Below, piece after piece: positions 51,515-64,000 of a stretch of DNA of 64,000 nt. The notes under the pieces were generated by a model. It saw only the letters and a program-made list of their open reading frames with translations. It was not told where the DNA came from and did no database searches. The DNA is taken from the NCBI GenBank assembly GCA_964016885.1, contig OZ024749.1, positions 21,204,001-21,268,000 of the forward strand, given 5' to 3'. The translations under genes and the position numbers were made by a program. This stretch comes from Eledone cirrhosa. Its lineage: Eukaryota. Position 1 is the first letter of the stretch, and each line of letters opens with the position of its first letter.

Positions 51515-52232
51515 CCCTTACATATGGTCATGAATCTTGCGTAATGACCGAAAGAATACGATGGCGAATACAAGCGGCCGAAATGGGGTTCCTCCGAAGA
51601 ATCTTTGGAGTAACGTTACTCGATAAAGTGCGTAGCTCGGAGATCAGAGAGTCACTCCAGGCAGGGCCGCTACTTCTCTGAATTGATACTGTGGACATGT
51701 GGTTAGAATGTCTCAGGAAAAGAATCGCTGGACAGATTTTACGGGCAAAACCAACCGGAAAGAAACATTCTAACCGCATGCTCATAGTATCGGAACTGTA
51801 ATTTCTCAATTCGGAGAAGTAGAGGCTCTACCTGGAGTGACTCCCTAATCTCTGAGCAAAAAATCTGTCCCGTGATTCTTTTCTGAGACATTCTAACCAC
51901 ATGCTCACAGTAGAGGAGCTGTGATCTCTCAATTCGGAGAAGTGGCAGCTCTACTTGGAATGACTCTGATCTCTGAGCTACAAATCTGTCCAGAGATTCT
52001 TTCCTGAGACATTCTAACGACATGTTCATAGTATCGGGGCTGTGATCTCTCAATTCGGAGAAGTAGAGGCTCTACCTAGAGTGACTCTCTTCTCTCTGAG
52101 CTACAAATATATCCAGCGATTCTTTCCTGAGACATTCTAACCACATGCCCGACCATAGTATCGGGACTGTGATCTCTCAATTCGGAGAAGTAGCAACTCT
52201 CTGATCTCCAAACTAGGTCATTGGAGTAACGT
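51515..52232. mobile_element. RTE (Rex3/Expander-like) C-terminal fragment plus an inverted ~119-bp tandem amplification of part of it
   Basis: Plus strand: ESCVMTERIRWRIQAAEMGFLRRIFGVTLLDKVRSSEIRESLQ. 51765-52232 holds ~4 reverse-complement units (gacattctaaccacatg...caattcggagaagtag). Confidence 0.75.
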
Positions 52233-52725
52233 TCTTTGTTCTTCTGTCGATATTTAGATTGCTGGATTGCTGTGTATCAACTTAAACCTTTCATACATCC
52301 GAGGTCTATATAATAAAATACCAGTTAATTACTGGGGCGATGTAATCGACTTTCCACTTTCTCCTTACTCAAAATTGCTGGCCTTGTGCCAAAATTATAA
52401 AACATTAATATTTTCTTCTATTAACTCAGTAGTTCTTTGTTCTTTCTGTCGGTATTTGGATTGCTGGATATCAAGTTATTTCCTATAGCCTTGAGTATCT
52501 CGCATCATTCGTGCGGTTCTTGCTGTGAAAATAGCGTCAGAAACATTCACCAGTATATCCACCATCTTAACCAACTATTCAAACTTCTAACCACTGCCCC
52601 TAAGGCTCCTAGTATATAATTGGGATGATAACAACTTGGCGGAAATTGCAGATTCTGTGCATTTCCTTTTTCAGGTTTTCGTACTTTCTTGTTGTTACTA
52701 TTATTGTTGTTGCTATTATTATTAA

Positions 52726-52756
<31 letters not shown>

Positions 52757-52757
52757 G

Positions 52758-52827
<70 letters not shown>

Positions 52828-52839
52828 AATGTGTAACTA

Positions 52840-53180
52840 GAGCGGTGTATTAGCAGCATCGGTAGAGTGGTGGACAATATGCTTTTCAGCATATAGTTGC
52901 GTCCCTTTACGTTCAAATCCTTCTGAGTTCAGATCCCGCCAAGGTTAACTTTGCCTTCCATCCGCCAAGGTTAGCTTTGCCTTCCATCCCCACAAAATTG
53001 CTGACACCATGCTTAGCGGCACAGAGTTATGACACTTTACGTTCTGAGTTCAAATCCCGCCAAGGTTAGCTTTGCATTCCACCCCTCCCTCACACACACA
53101 CACACACACACACACACCTCCCACCCCACCCCACCCCCAAAAAATTGCTGGCCTTGTGCCTAAAGTAGAAACCATTATTG
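52840..53180 (+). mobile_element. Rearranged SINE copies; other fragments at ~52285-52410 and 55148-55255
   Basis: Repeated gttcaaatcccgccaaggttaactttgcc and the aattgctggccttgtgcctaaagtagaaac tail. Confidence 0.7.
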
Positions 53181-53642
53181 TTAGATGCAAGTAGATACAT
53201 CAAAAAGAATTTACGTCCATCGTTGGAAAACAACCATACACAATAACGAAAGTCTCAAACAAAATGCTTTGCGGTATAAAACACTTAACATCACACAACA
53301 TTTTTGAACTTTTAAGGTGGCTATTTTCGAGAAACTTGCGCTATATCGCTCTAATATCTTTATTATTACTTTTATTATTATTACTATTATTATTACTATT
53401 ATTATTACTATTATTCCTATTGTTGTTGTTTTTATTATTACTATTACTGTTGTTTTTATTGTTATTGTTGTTGCTATTGTCATTATTGGTTATCTGTCAA
53501 TGTCTTCTTTTTGCAGTTGTGTCATTTACAAATGGAATAATGGACACATTTTTATAGCTACCATACTATCTTTAATTCAATAGCTAAGTCGGTGAACCTC
53601 CTACGCTTCTTGAATATATGCATGCATATATGTGTGTGTGCG

Positions 53643-53693
<51 letters not shown>

Positions 53694-53703
53694 GTATATA
53701 TAC

Positions 53704-53750
<47 letters not shown>

Positions 53751-53804
53751 TATGCACATGCATATAGATCTATATATATATACATATTAATGCATGCATA
53801 TACA

Positions 53805-53987
<183 letters not shown>

Positions 53988-54099
53988 TACATACATATAC
54001 ATACATATACATATATACATATATATATATACATATACATACATATACATGTATATACATACATATATATATGTATATATATGTACATATATATGTATG

Positions 54100-54131
<32 letters not shown>

Positions 54132-54183
54132 TATATATGTATATATGTATATTTATATTTATATATACACACAAACACACACA

Positions 54184-54278
<95 letters not shown>

Positions 54279-54559
54279 AGAGACACACATACATGTTCTG
54301 TTTTTCAACTCAATTCTTCTGACCAACATAATATAGTTGTTTGTCTGTCAGTCAGTATTGATATGTCAATTATTTAGAAAACACTATTGTCTATTTAAAA
54401 ACAGCATTGTCATTTCTGTAATGGAGATATGATGTCAGCTTTATTGTACGCTATCATCTGCTTGAACTGTCTCAATGCTAAAGTTCAGACTGGATCTTTA
54501 GATTGTCATTTACTACTAAAGACAGATAGAAGAGATTCGTATTAGTGTCACGAAGCATT

Positions 54560-54644
<85 letters not shown>

Positions 54645-54763
54645 TAATACTTCGTGATACTAATACGAAACACCTCTATGTCTTTAATATTAAATGACAA
54701 TCTAAAGAAATTATACTTCTGCGAGACTAGTATGAAACAGTTCTAGTCCAGTAGAAGTCATTT

Positions 54764-54806
<43 letters not shown>

Positions 54807-55652
54807 GGCGTAGATTATTACGCAATGGGGTCGCAGTCGCTGCAGATAATAATAAATATTGTTTAATGTTCATTCTTATACAGAAACTACATAATATGAC
54901 GGCTGCAGCTTGAAAAAGTTTGTCTTTTCCATACTCATATTATGAGTGGGTTGGAGGTTGGAAATTATGGATGATATCTGAGGTAGGGATTATTGAAGAT
55001 GTCTTAGTTCTAGTATAGACATTTAGTTCACGATTGGCTGTGTTTTTATGAGTGTATTAGTTACAAGTTTGGCATTCACTGGTTTTATCCACTGGATGAT
55101 TTGTTTCTTGTTAGCTTTGTTTTCGGAGTGTATTATTTACTTATCAAAGTCCCGCCGAGGTTGACTTTGCCTTTCATATTTACGGGGTCGATAAAATAAA
55201 GTACCAGTAATGCACTGGTTAATTGCTGGCCTTGTGCCTAAAGTAGAAACAATTATTTACTTATAGGGATATTCAAAAATTACTTTTCGTTTGTTCTTTG
55301 TATATCTACGTATTTGACGGTCTTATTTTTATATATATATATATATATAGTAATAATAAATTTGAAGACTAAAATCCAAAGAGGGCTCGATAAGGATAAA
55401 TATATATCAAATATATAAGAACCGTAGAGCTTAAACTTTAATCTGTTATTTTAATAAATATATATATATATATATAATGGAGGAAATGTGGTAAGGAACC
55501 AGGTGGACCATAACGCACCAAAGTACTCAATACTTAGGGTCGAAACGGCTAGAGCTCAGCCGTCGGGGTCCTACTCGTTCCTATTACCCACTCTACAGTC
55601 CAGATTTAGCCGTCGAAACGGTTTGAGCTCAGCCGTCGGGGTCCTACTCGTT

Positions 55653-55715
<63 letters not shown>

Positions 55716-55775
55716 GTGTGTGCGTGTGTATATTTATATATATGTGTATGTGTGTGTGTATACATGTATATCACA

Positions 55776-55998
55776 CATGCATACTAGCCTCCCCTCTCTA
55801 CGCCACCGATGTTGTCTAAGGGAAAGGCAATGAGCGATACAGCTTGGCACCAGTGATGTCGCAACTCATTTCTTCAGCAGTATAAACTCGAGCAACTTGA
55901 AATAAAGTGTCTTGCTCAAGGACACAATACATCACTGGGTCCGAGATCAAACTCACAACCTTTCGATTGCAAGCCCAATGCTCTAACCAGTAAGCCAT
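55776..55998 (-). mobile_element. tRNA-derived SINE with CORE-like segment (second SINE family)
   Basis: Minus strand: tggcttactggttagagcattgggcttgcaatcgaaaggttgtgagtttgatctc (tRNA head with A/B boxes), then tgtgtccttgagcaagacacttt. Confidence 0.78.
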
Positions 55999-56028
55999 AT
56001 ATATATATGTGTGTATGTATATATCAAA

Positions 56029-56106
<78 letters not shown>

Positions 56107-56303
56107 AATGAGTAGGACCCCGACGGCTGAGCTCAAGCCGTTTCGACGGCTAATTCTGGACTAAAGCATCCAGAATTAGCCGTCGAAACGGCTTGAACTC
56201 AGCCGTCGGGGTCCTACTCGTTCCTATTACCCACTCTACTACCCTAAGTATTGAGTACTTTGGTGCGTTATGGTCCATCTGGTCCCTTACCACATTTCCT
56301 TCG

Positions 56304-56345
<42 letters not shown>

Positions 56346-56570
56346 CTTTGATAACTTTGATAGGTTTTGGCCAGTATTGGCCCAGGCTATGTCAAAGTTA
56401 ATAGCACCACCTGTATATATACAAAGTCTTAAACTATATGTGTGTGTAGGTGGATCCCTAATATATATTGTGAGGTGAGCACAGTTTAAAAACGTGCTCA
56501 ATACGTTAGTAGAGTATAGGCATATATATCTTCGTATGGAAAGGACTTCAACATATATATTATATATATA

Positions 56571-56621
<51 letters not shown>

Positions 56622-57078
56622 CATTAAATTATTAATTGATTGAGATATATATACCTTGCACTAATGATTAATCTCCTTTGTACATATTTCATTAAAGAAA
56701 TATATTTCCCCATTAATCGGCAAATCACGGATGTTGAATCCTGGATCATCGGCAAAGGGGGAGATTTAGCCCTCTGTGATTACACACTAAAAGCAAATCT
56801 GGAACTGACGAAAAGCACGTGTTGTTTTTTTTATTTAAAAAAATACACATCGCCCCGCCGTCAACCCACTGACGTGAATAGGATTATCGACAGCTAGAAA
56901 TAGCAACCGAGTCCTTTCAACAGAAAAAAGCTCTACTATTTAGGAGCAGTATATATATAACCAAAATTAAATTAAGGATGTCATGTCTGAGAAACATGCA
57001 CCATACCACCTGTAGAATAAGCTCAAAGATTCTAAGGGATAAATCCGAACATTTCTTAGCATTAAGTTAATAATCAAT

Positions 57079-57116
<38 letters not shown>

Positions 57117-57410
57117 AACACATGAAACAATTACACCAGATAATTTGTAAACAGTGTAAATACACATAGTTACGTATGTAACATATTAAAAATTGACGAG
57201 AACGTCGAATATAGATACCTTGCTATATATATGTGTGTGTATGTGTGAAAGATTGAAGAGTAACTTTATTTCAGGTATTAATAATTGTTTCATTGATCAG
57301 GTGAGTCTAGAGGTTGCTAATCGCTCGAAGTTGCGTCACTCGATCTCAAATACATTATTTACCTCTGATCAAATCCTCAGAATTCTGAGAGAGAGCGAGA
57401 GAGAGAGAAG

Positions 57411-57468
<58 letters not shown>

Positions 57469-57555
57469 TGGGGAGTTGAGAGAGAATGAAATACTTAGAT
57501 AGAACTGTGTATGTTTTCTTCTGTGTGTACGTGTGTGTATTATATATATATATAA

Positions 57556-57747
57556 GGGCGGTGGATTGGCAGTATCGGTAGAGGGTCGGGCGCCATGCTT
57601 TGAAGCATAGAGTTACCTCCCTTTATGATCTGAGTTCAAATCCCGCCAAGGTTAACTTTGCCTTTCATCCTTACGGGTTTGATAAAATAAAGTACCAGTA
57701 ATGCACTGGGATAATTGCTGGCCTGGTGCCAAAAGTAGAAACAATTA
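57556..57747 (+). mobile_element. Full-length-looking tRNA-derived SINE flanked by (TA)n
   Basis: ggcggtggattggcagtatcggtag (A-box-like), gagttcaaatccc (B box), actttgcctttcatccttacggg..gataaaataaagtaccag (Deu/Nin-like). About 10 copies in the window. Confidence 0.85.
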
Positions 57748-58486
57748 TATATATATATTTTAAAATAACAGATTAAAGTTTAAGCAAAGAATCGCTGCTT
57801 TCACCCTTAACGGGATCTTCTGAAACTAACAAAGTCAATCTGTAAACGCAGAACTTGATATTTCAAAAAACGTTGCAACCGGAGGAAGACAGGAAGACGA
57901 TACTTTGGTTCGTGGAAACGTTCGCTGGCAAAGAACGGGAAAAAACGAATAATACGTCATTAATAGGATCGGTGAAAAACAATTACGCGCAAAGACAAAA
58001 CCACGTTTATGGTATAAAAGAGGTCGTAGACTAATGTTCTCTTAGGTGGTGCATAGAGACGTTCTCTGGCAATGAACGAAAAAAGTTTACATATATATAT
58101 ATATACATATATATACATATATATACATATATACATATATATACATATACCTGTTTTGCAACGGGTCACTTTGTAGCTCAATGAAAAATTAATAAATTAA
58201 ATTATCAGAGCTATATATCATAAAACATGTCTATAGAATCACAAGATAAAATATATACCATTTCCTCTCCCAATTAGCATAATTAACTATATAAAAAATC
58301 GAATAGACCAGGCTATAAGAATGAGGCTTCTATGAAGAAATCTTCAACAAATAAACGAAACTAGCCCTTCGCGTCGGCCGCAACGGAATATTTATCGAAT
58401 ATTTCGACAGCGTAATCGCCCAGATACAGTCAACTAAACAGAATTAGGTGTAAAATAAACTAGGAGAAAATAGAATACATTTAAAT

Positions 58487-58574
58487 ACTTCTACCATGGT
58501 TTCATCCGCATTTTGAGTTTTCCAATAATTATGTAATAATTATATAAACTCGAGCACCGGATTCATCAGGAGAT
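58487..58574 (-). ncRNA. Type I hammerhead candidate (family H)
   Basis: Minus strand: atctc-CTGATGA-atccg..gagttt..aaactc..cggat-GAAAC-catg-GTA-gaagt. Stem III ACCATGGT is palindromic. Stem I has one mismatch. Confidence 0.65.
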
Positions 58575-59098
58575 TTGCTCTTATCTAGACACTAAATTTT
58601 CAAAAGTGATCGCGCCAAGAATTCATTCAAAATGGCTAAGAATCGTGACGTAGTCGCGGTCAGGTTGGAAGGGGTGTGGTAGTTGCTTACGACTGGTGGC
58701 ATTTTTGCTAGAAAGCACAGCACAATACAGCCAAATTTGTATCTCAACCTAATGGGAGATTATTACATATAAAGTTTATATATAAAAGTTTATATATATA
58801 TATACGGTTCAAGAGTAAACCAATCTTAAAGAGAGAGATGGAGCTAGGAGAGGAGAAGAGAGATTGGTGAATTTGTTAGAAGCCAAAGGCGTAAAGGCAT
58901 GTGCTCAATGTGCAATATGCAGTGGAAGGCAGCTAGATGGCTGGGTTCATGCAGAGATTAGGTGCACAGAGCTGGAAATATTCATTAGTTAAGCAAAACA
59001 AGACCACAGATTTCACAAGGAAGACGTTATTTAAAGAGTGTCAACATAGTTGCAGTTTCATGTAAGGAATAAGGAGTGTAATTATAGTTTAATGTAAG

Positions 59099-59148
<50 letters not shown>

Positions 59149-59277
59149 TCGCTCCCGTAAGTTTTGAATTTTTAACATATTTAAATCATTTGTGAAATAA
59201 CAACTCTTAGTACAAATGCTACGTAAAGCACCCGGCTTGAGCCCCAAAAAATTCGGACCCAAAATATATTGTTATAA

Positions 59278-60260
59278 GGCTCAAATATTCAAATATTCAA
59301 CTTTGTATTGTACACTGTATATCCAAAAAAAAATGGCTATAAATGGAAGAAGAAGAACCCCCCCTCCTCTCCTCTGGCTACACTATATAGGACAGCTAAA
59401 CTCACCAACACCAGAAACTAGATACACCGCCCACCCCATCATCTGTGTACACTAAACACAACAGCATTTTCACCTTCACCGCCACCGCTCACTACGGCCA
59501 TCATTACCACCACTATCCCATCACCGCCGCCACCACCCCTTGACTCCTTCACTGCTGCTGCCACCGCTACAGCACCATCACTACAGTAATACGGCTCAAA
59601 TATTCAAATATTCAACTTTGTATTGTACACTGTATATCCAAAAAAAAAAAATAAAATGGCTATAAATGGAAGAAGAAGAACCCCCCCCCCCCTCCTCTCC
59701 TCTGGCTACACTATATAGGACAGCGAAACTCACCAACACCAGAAACTAGATACACCACCCACCCCATCATCTGTGTACACTAAACACAACAGCATTTTCA
59801 CCTTCACCGCCACCGCTCACTACGGCCATCATTACCACCACTATCCCATCACCGCCGCCACCACCCCTTGACTCCTTCACTGCTGCTGCCACCGCTACAG
59901 CACCATCACTACAGTAATACGGCTCAAATATTCAAATATTCAACTTTGTATTGTACACTGTATATCCAAAAAAAAAAAAAAAATAAAAAATAAAATGGCT
60001 ATAAATGGAAGAAGAAGAACCCCCCCCCCCTCCTCTCCTCTGGCTACACTATATAGGACAGCGAAACTCACCAACACCAGAAACTAGATACACCACCCAC
60101 CCCATCATCTGTGTACACTAAACACAACAGCATTTTCACCTTCACCGCCACCGCTCACTACGGCCATCATTACCACCACTATCCCATCACCGCCGCCACC
60201 ACCCCCTGACTCCTTCACTGCTGCTGCCACCGCTACAGCACCATCACTACAGTAATACGG
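59278..60260 (+). repeat. Three tandem ~315-340 bp units upstream of the R4/Dong-like ORF
   Basis: ggctcaaatattcaaatattcaac at 59278, 59593 and 59921. Units differ mainly in poly-A and poly-C length. Confidence 0.92.
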
Positions 60261-60829
60261 TCGCATCACCGCCACCACTGCCTCGGTATCGACATCACCG
60301 CCACCACTGTCTCAGTATCGCCAACGCCGCTAGTCTCTGCTGGCTACCACTTCCACATTATAGAATTCCTACTACCAACAAAGAGGAAGGCATCAAAATA
60401 TATAGATAGACTCAAAAGAAAAAAGAAAAAACAAACAACAAAAGCAGCACAGCAACAACAGTAAAAAACGAGAAAAACAGAGAAAAACAAAAACAAAAAA
60501 AGAAACCCCAAAAACGTAAAGAAAATAAGAATGAAGAGAGAAGCAGGCGGACGGACAGAGAAGAGGGGGGAAAAAGTAAAACTTAAAAAACAAAAACTAA
60601 GTCAGACATTCGAATACTACATTACAATGAAACTTATGCTTATTCATTTTTGGGGCCCTTTCTGCCCGTGTGTTTGTTTGTTTATGTGTGTCCGTATACA
60701 GCGTGGTGATAATGCCACACAAGGGCCAAGTGGGATGGCGGATCCACAGATGGCTATGTAAACATACATTCGCCAATCCTCGATAAGAGTGTTTAAATAT
60801 CGAACATAAACAGTTCGAATAACGGTGAA

Positions 60830-63800
60830 ATGGAGACTAGAACGTCATGTGACAGACTCTCACCCAACAGGTGCCCCCTGGCTCAGCAGCAGGAACCTGA
60901 CTGTCAACGAAATACTGCTGATGTTGGAGGAAGAAGAAGAAGGAAAGGGGCCAGAACCAACTGGACGAAAGAATTGAATAGAACTGTTATGCAATGCTAC
61001 CTGAAAAGTAACCCCAAGGAGAGGGGCTACAGGAGACGGATGCATAACATCTGGAACGAGATTGGTTTATTTAAATTAGATGAACAAAAATTGGCCGGGC
61101 AGGCTCGGGTAATAAGAACTAATGGGTGGATAAGCGAGCTGGAACTGGAGGAACTGAGCAGAGAGAATGGCTTGGAGATGGCGGGTGTAGTATGCCAGAC
61201 AAGCGAGCCGGCGGGAAATGAAGGTGAGGAGGTCCTGAGAGCGGAGGAACCACCCGAAGCAGACAATGATCTGAATACTGAGATAAATAATACCTGGAAC
61301 AGAGATACGGCCACTGAGGAGATGAATGCTGACGGGCTAGGACAAGATTCGGTTGACATCCTAAATTTAGTGGTAGATGAGTTGAACAATGATAGTGGGA
61401 GACCTATGAACCTAAGATTTGTAGACAGGAAAAAGTTAAAAGAAACAACAGCTAAGGTAAACAAAGTCATCCCATACCTTGAGGCGAGGAGTCTTCACCA
61501 GTGCAACAATATCCTCAAAGCAACAGCAAATACGGTGAGGAAACTACTTGGTATAAAAGCGAGAGGAAACAACAGACAAGAAAGAGCAGAGCCGTGGTGG
61601 AAGAAGCGACTGAGTGGGCAAATCGGGGAAATGAGAAATGACATAGGAAAGCTTGAGTCACTACTGAATGGGACACTAAAAAACATAGGCACTAAAAATA
61701 GACTGGAAATAAAATACAAAACTAGGAGTAAAAAGCTAAATATTATCATAGAGGAATTGAAGCAACGCATTGTAGCAAAGAGTGCCAAAATCAGGCGATA
61801 CGAGAACAGAGTCAGTCAGTATAAACAGAACCGCATGTTCGACAACAACCAGAAGATGCTGTTTGGACAGCTTGAGGGGAAAGAAAGAGGCACCGACTTG
61901 ATCCCTGGGGCGGAACAAGCTAAAACATTCTGGAGAGGAATATGGGAGCAGGATGTTAGACACAATGCCCAGGCAGGGTGGATTGAGACAGTACAGAGGG
62001 AGATCGGTGAGCAGGCACAGCAACAGACTGATTTGAGTATCACAGTTGAAACTCTTAAGGGGCAAGCCAAAAACCTAACCATCTGGAAATCACCAGGCCC
62101 AGATGGTGTGCAGGGGTATTGGATTAAACATTTAACATCCCTCCACCCGAAGCTGACGGCCATGTTCAATGACTGCTTGGTGTCGGGTGAGGTGCCAGAG
62201 TGGTTGACAAAAGGTACCACAGTTCTGATAATGAAAGACCGAATCAAGGGTAATGATGTTACCAACTATAGACCTATCACATGTCTGCCCGTAATGTGGA
62301 AACTGTTGACGAGCATTGTGTCTGAGGAAATCTACCATCACCTCCACACAAACAACTTGTTGCCGGACGAACAGAAAGGATGCCGAAAGAAGTCACGTGG
62401 TACAAAGGACCAGTTGCTTATTGATAAGATGGTAATGGGGAATTGCAGGAGGAGACACACTGATCTTGCCATGGGATGGATAGACTACAGAAAGGCATTT
62501 GACATGGTGCCTCATTCCTGGATCACCAAAAGCCTGGAGATCTTCAGGGTGGCAGATAACATCAGACAGTTGCTGGGCAGGAGTATGGGGTCCTGGGAGA
62601 CAGAGTTGACATCAACTGGAGTATCCTTGGGAAGCGTGAAGATCAAGAGAGGTATCTTCCAGGGAGATAGCCTGTCCCCTCTGTTGTTTGTCCTTGCCCT
62701 GATGCCCTTGACCATTATGCTGCGAAAAGTGAGAGCAGGATACAAGTTGGGAAGGGGAGAGCTTACCATCAATCACCTCCTCTTCATGGACGATCTTAAG
62801 CTCTTCGGGAAAAGTGAGAAGGAGTTGGATGTGCTTGTTGACACTGTCCGTATTTTCAGCAGTGATATATGTATGCAGTTTGGTATTGGTAAATGTGGAG
62901 TCATTGTGATGAGGAGGGGTAGGTTGAGCAGAAGTAACGGGATCCAGATACCAACAGGTGAGATGATAAAGGAAATTGACTCTGAGGAAGGATACAAGTA
63001 TTTGGGCGTTCTGGAGGCTGATGGCATAAAGAACAAAAAAATGAAGGAATTGTTAAGAACTGAATACATTCGGAGAGTAAGGAGCGTATTGAAGTCACAT
63101 CTGAACAGCAGAAATGCCATAAGCGGAGTAAATTCCCGAGCTGTGTCTATTATTAGGTACAGTGCGGGAATTCTGAGATGGAATGTTGCTGAACAAAAAG
63201 AAATGGATAGGAAGACTAGGAAGCTATTGACTATCTACAACATGTTCCACAAGAGGAGTGATGTCGATAGACTCTACCTAAGGAGATCTGAGGGTGGAAG
63301 AGGTCTTATCAGCATAGAGGACTGTGTTCAGATGGAGAAAAACAACCTATACAAATACGTGACCTATAGTAAGGAGCCAATGCTCAGAGCTGTACTGAAG
63401 GAGGGGACAGTAGGCCAGGGGATACCCAAGGAGGAAATAACATCAAGGAGGAAGAGCAGCCTTAAGGGAAAATCCCTTCATAGTACCTTCTTTGAGAAAA
63501 CTGAATTTAGAGATCCACAGACATGGAACTGGTTGAGAAGAGGAGACCTCAAAAAGGCTACAGAAGGAATGCTAATGGCTGCGCAGGAGCAGGCCCTCAA
63601 AACGAAGTGGTTGAAGCACCATATCTACAAGGAGGAGGCTAGCCCACTGTGCAGGATCTGTGGAGAGAGAGAGGAGACTGTGGCTCACATTGTGTCCGAG
63701 TGTAAACACCTAGCCCAGACCCACTATAAGGGCTGGAGACACGATGTGATGGGCAGGGTGATCCACTGGCACCTGTGCAAAGTAAACAATCTACCACATT

Positions 63801-64000
63801 CTGAGAAATGGTATGAGCATAGGCCAGAGGCGGTGATGGAGAACAGTCAGGTGAAGGTGCTGTGGGATTTTAGGATACAGACGGACAAAAAACTGGAACA
63901 CAATAGACCTGACCTGGTGGTTGTGGACAAAGAAAAAAGATCGTGCCTGATTGTGGATGTGGCCTGCCCGTTCGACACGAGAGTGCAAGAGAAGGAGAGG
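60830..64000 (+). CDS. Retrotransposon polyprotein (>1057 aa): N-terminal domain, RT, CCHC knuckle, RLE endonuclease
   Basis: METRTS..WTKELNRTVMQCY..RGYRRRMHNIW..EQKLAGQ; WKSPGPDGV; NYRPITCL; EQKGC; WIDYRKAFDMVPH; RGIFQGDSLSP; HLLFMDDLKL; YKYLG; CRICGEREETVAHIVSEC; RHD; NRPDLVV..IVDVACP. The frame is the same at start, RT core and end. Its absence from the ORF track fits a frame with no stop inside the window. Confidence 0.93.
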   Translation, partial: METRTSCDRLSPNRCPLAQQQEPDCQRNTADVGGRRRRKGARTNWTKELNRTVMQCYLKSNPKERGYRRRMHNIWNEIGLFKLDEQKLAGQARVIRTNGWISELELEELSRENGLEMAGVVCQTSEPAGNEGEEVLRAEEPPEADNDLNTEINNTWNRDTATEEMNADGLGQDSVDILNLVVDELNNDSGRPMNLRFVDRKKLKETTAKVNKVIPYLEARSLHQCNNILKATANTVRKLLGIKARGNNRQERAEPWWKKRLSGQIGEMRNDIGKLESLLNGTLKNIGTKNRLEIKYKTRSKKLNIIIEELKQRIVAKSAKIRRYENRVSQYKQNRMFDNNQKMLFGQLEGKERGTDLIPGAEQAKTFWRGIWEQDVRHNAQAGWIETVQREIGEQAQQQTDLSITVETLKGQAKNLTIWKSPGPDGVQGYWIKHLTSLHPKLTAMFNDCLVSGEVPEWLTKGTTVLIMKDRIKGNDVTNYRPITCLPVMWKLLTSIVSEEIYHHLHTNNLLPDEQKGCRKKSRGTKDQLLIDKMVMGNCRRRHTDLAMGWIDYRKAFDMVPHSWITKSLEIFRVADNIRQLLGRSMGSWETELTSTGVSLGSVKIKRGIFQGDSLSPLLFVLALMPLTIMLRKVRAGYKLGRGELTINHLLFMDDLKLFGKSEKELDVLVDTVRIFSSDICMQFGIGKCGVIVMRRGRLSRSNGIQIPTGEMIKEIDSEEGYKYLGVLEADGIKNKKMKELLRTEYIRRVRSVLKSHLNSRNAISGVNSRAVSIIRYSAGILRWNVAEQKEMDRKTRKLLTIYNMFHKRSDVDRLYLRRSEGGRGLISIEDCVQMEKNNLYKYVTYSKEPMLRAVLKEGTVGQGIPKEEITSRRKSSLKGKSLHSTFFEKTEFRDPQTWNWLRRGDLKKATEGMLMAAQEQALKTKWLKHHIYKEEASPLCRICGEREETVAHIVSECKHLAQTHYKGWRHDVMGRVIHWHLCKVNNLPHSEKWYEHRPEAVMENSQVKVLWDFRIQTDKKLEHNRPDLVVVDKEKRSCLIVDVACPFDTRVQEKER

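Larger units (their letters stand above)
59147..64000 (+). mobile_element. R4/Dong-like non-LTR retrotransposon (restriction-like endonuclease class), running off the window
   Basis: Begins after a (TAA)n tract (~59100-59146), the known Dong-type target. Single long ORF. The 5' boundary is inferred. Confidence 0.8.

Noticed and set aside
55930-55998. tRNA gene
   Set aside because: A tRNA-like head that continues into a SINE body, with a degenerate B box and no full cloverleaf.
60860-63988. Minus-strand ORFs over the last 3 kb
   Set aside because: Antisense shadows of the plus-strand retrotransposon ORF.

Overview
Animal genomic DNA with no recognisable host gene. It is probably cephalopod/octopus-like, which is an inference from the SINE types and the extreme (TA)n/(CA)n/(GA)n load. 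Nearly all listed ORFs are microsatellite artefacts. Real coding remnants are retroelements: three decayed Penelope-like elements (RT and/or GIY-YIG), an RTE-group LINE whose two halves lie 10 kb apart in opposite orientation, a decayed CR1/L2-group LINE with a CCCH-finger ORF1, Tx1- and Rex3-like fragments, and an apparently uninterrupted R4/Dong-like ORF (60830 to window end) that the ORF track misses. The main hidden signal is RNA-level. Reading both strands by eye gives about 20 type I hammerhead-ribozyme motifs from at least 10 sequence families. Most have palindromic stem III. They sit in tandem units (422 and 594 bp), perfect foldback palindromes, and short elements abutting (TA)n. One family has a compensatory U3-A8 core. 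All folds were assigned manually and are untested.
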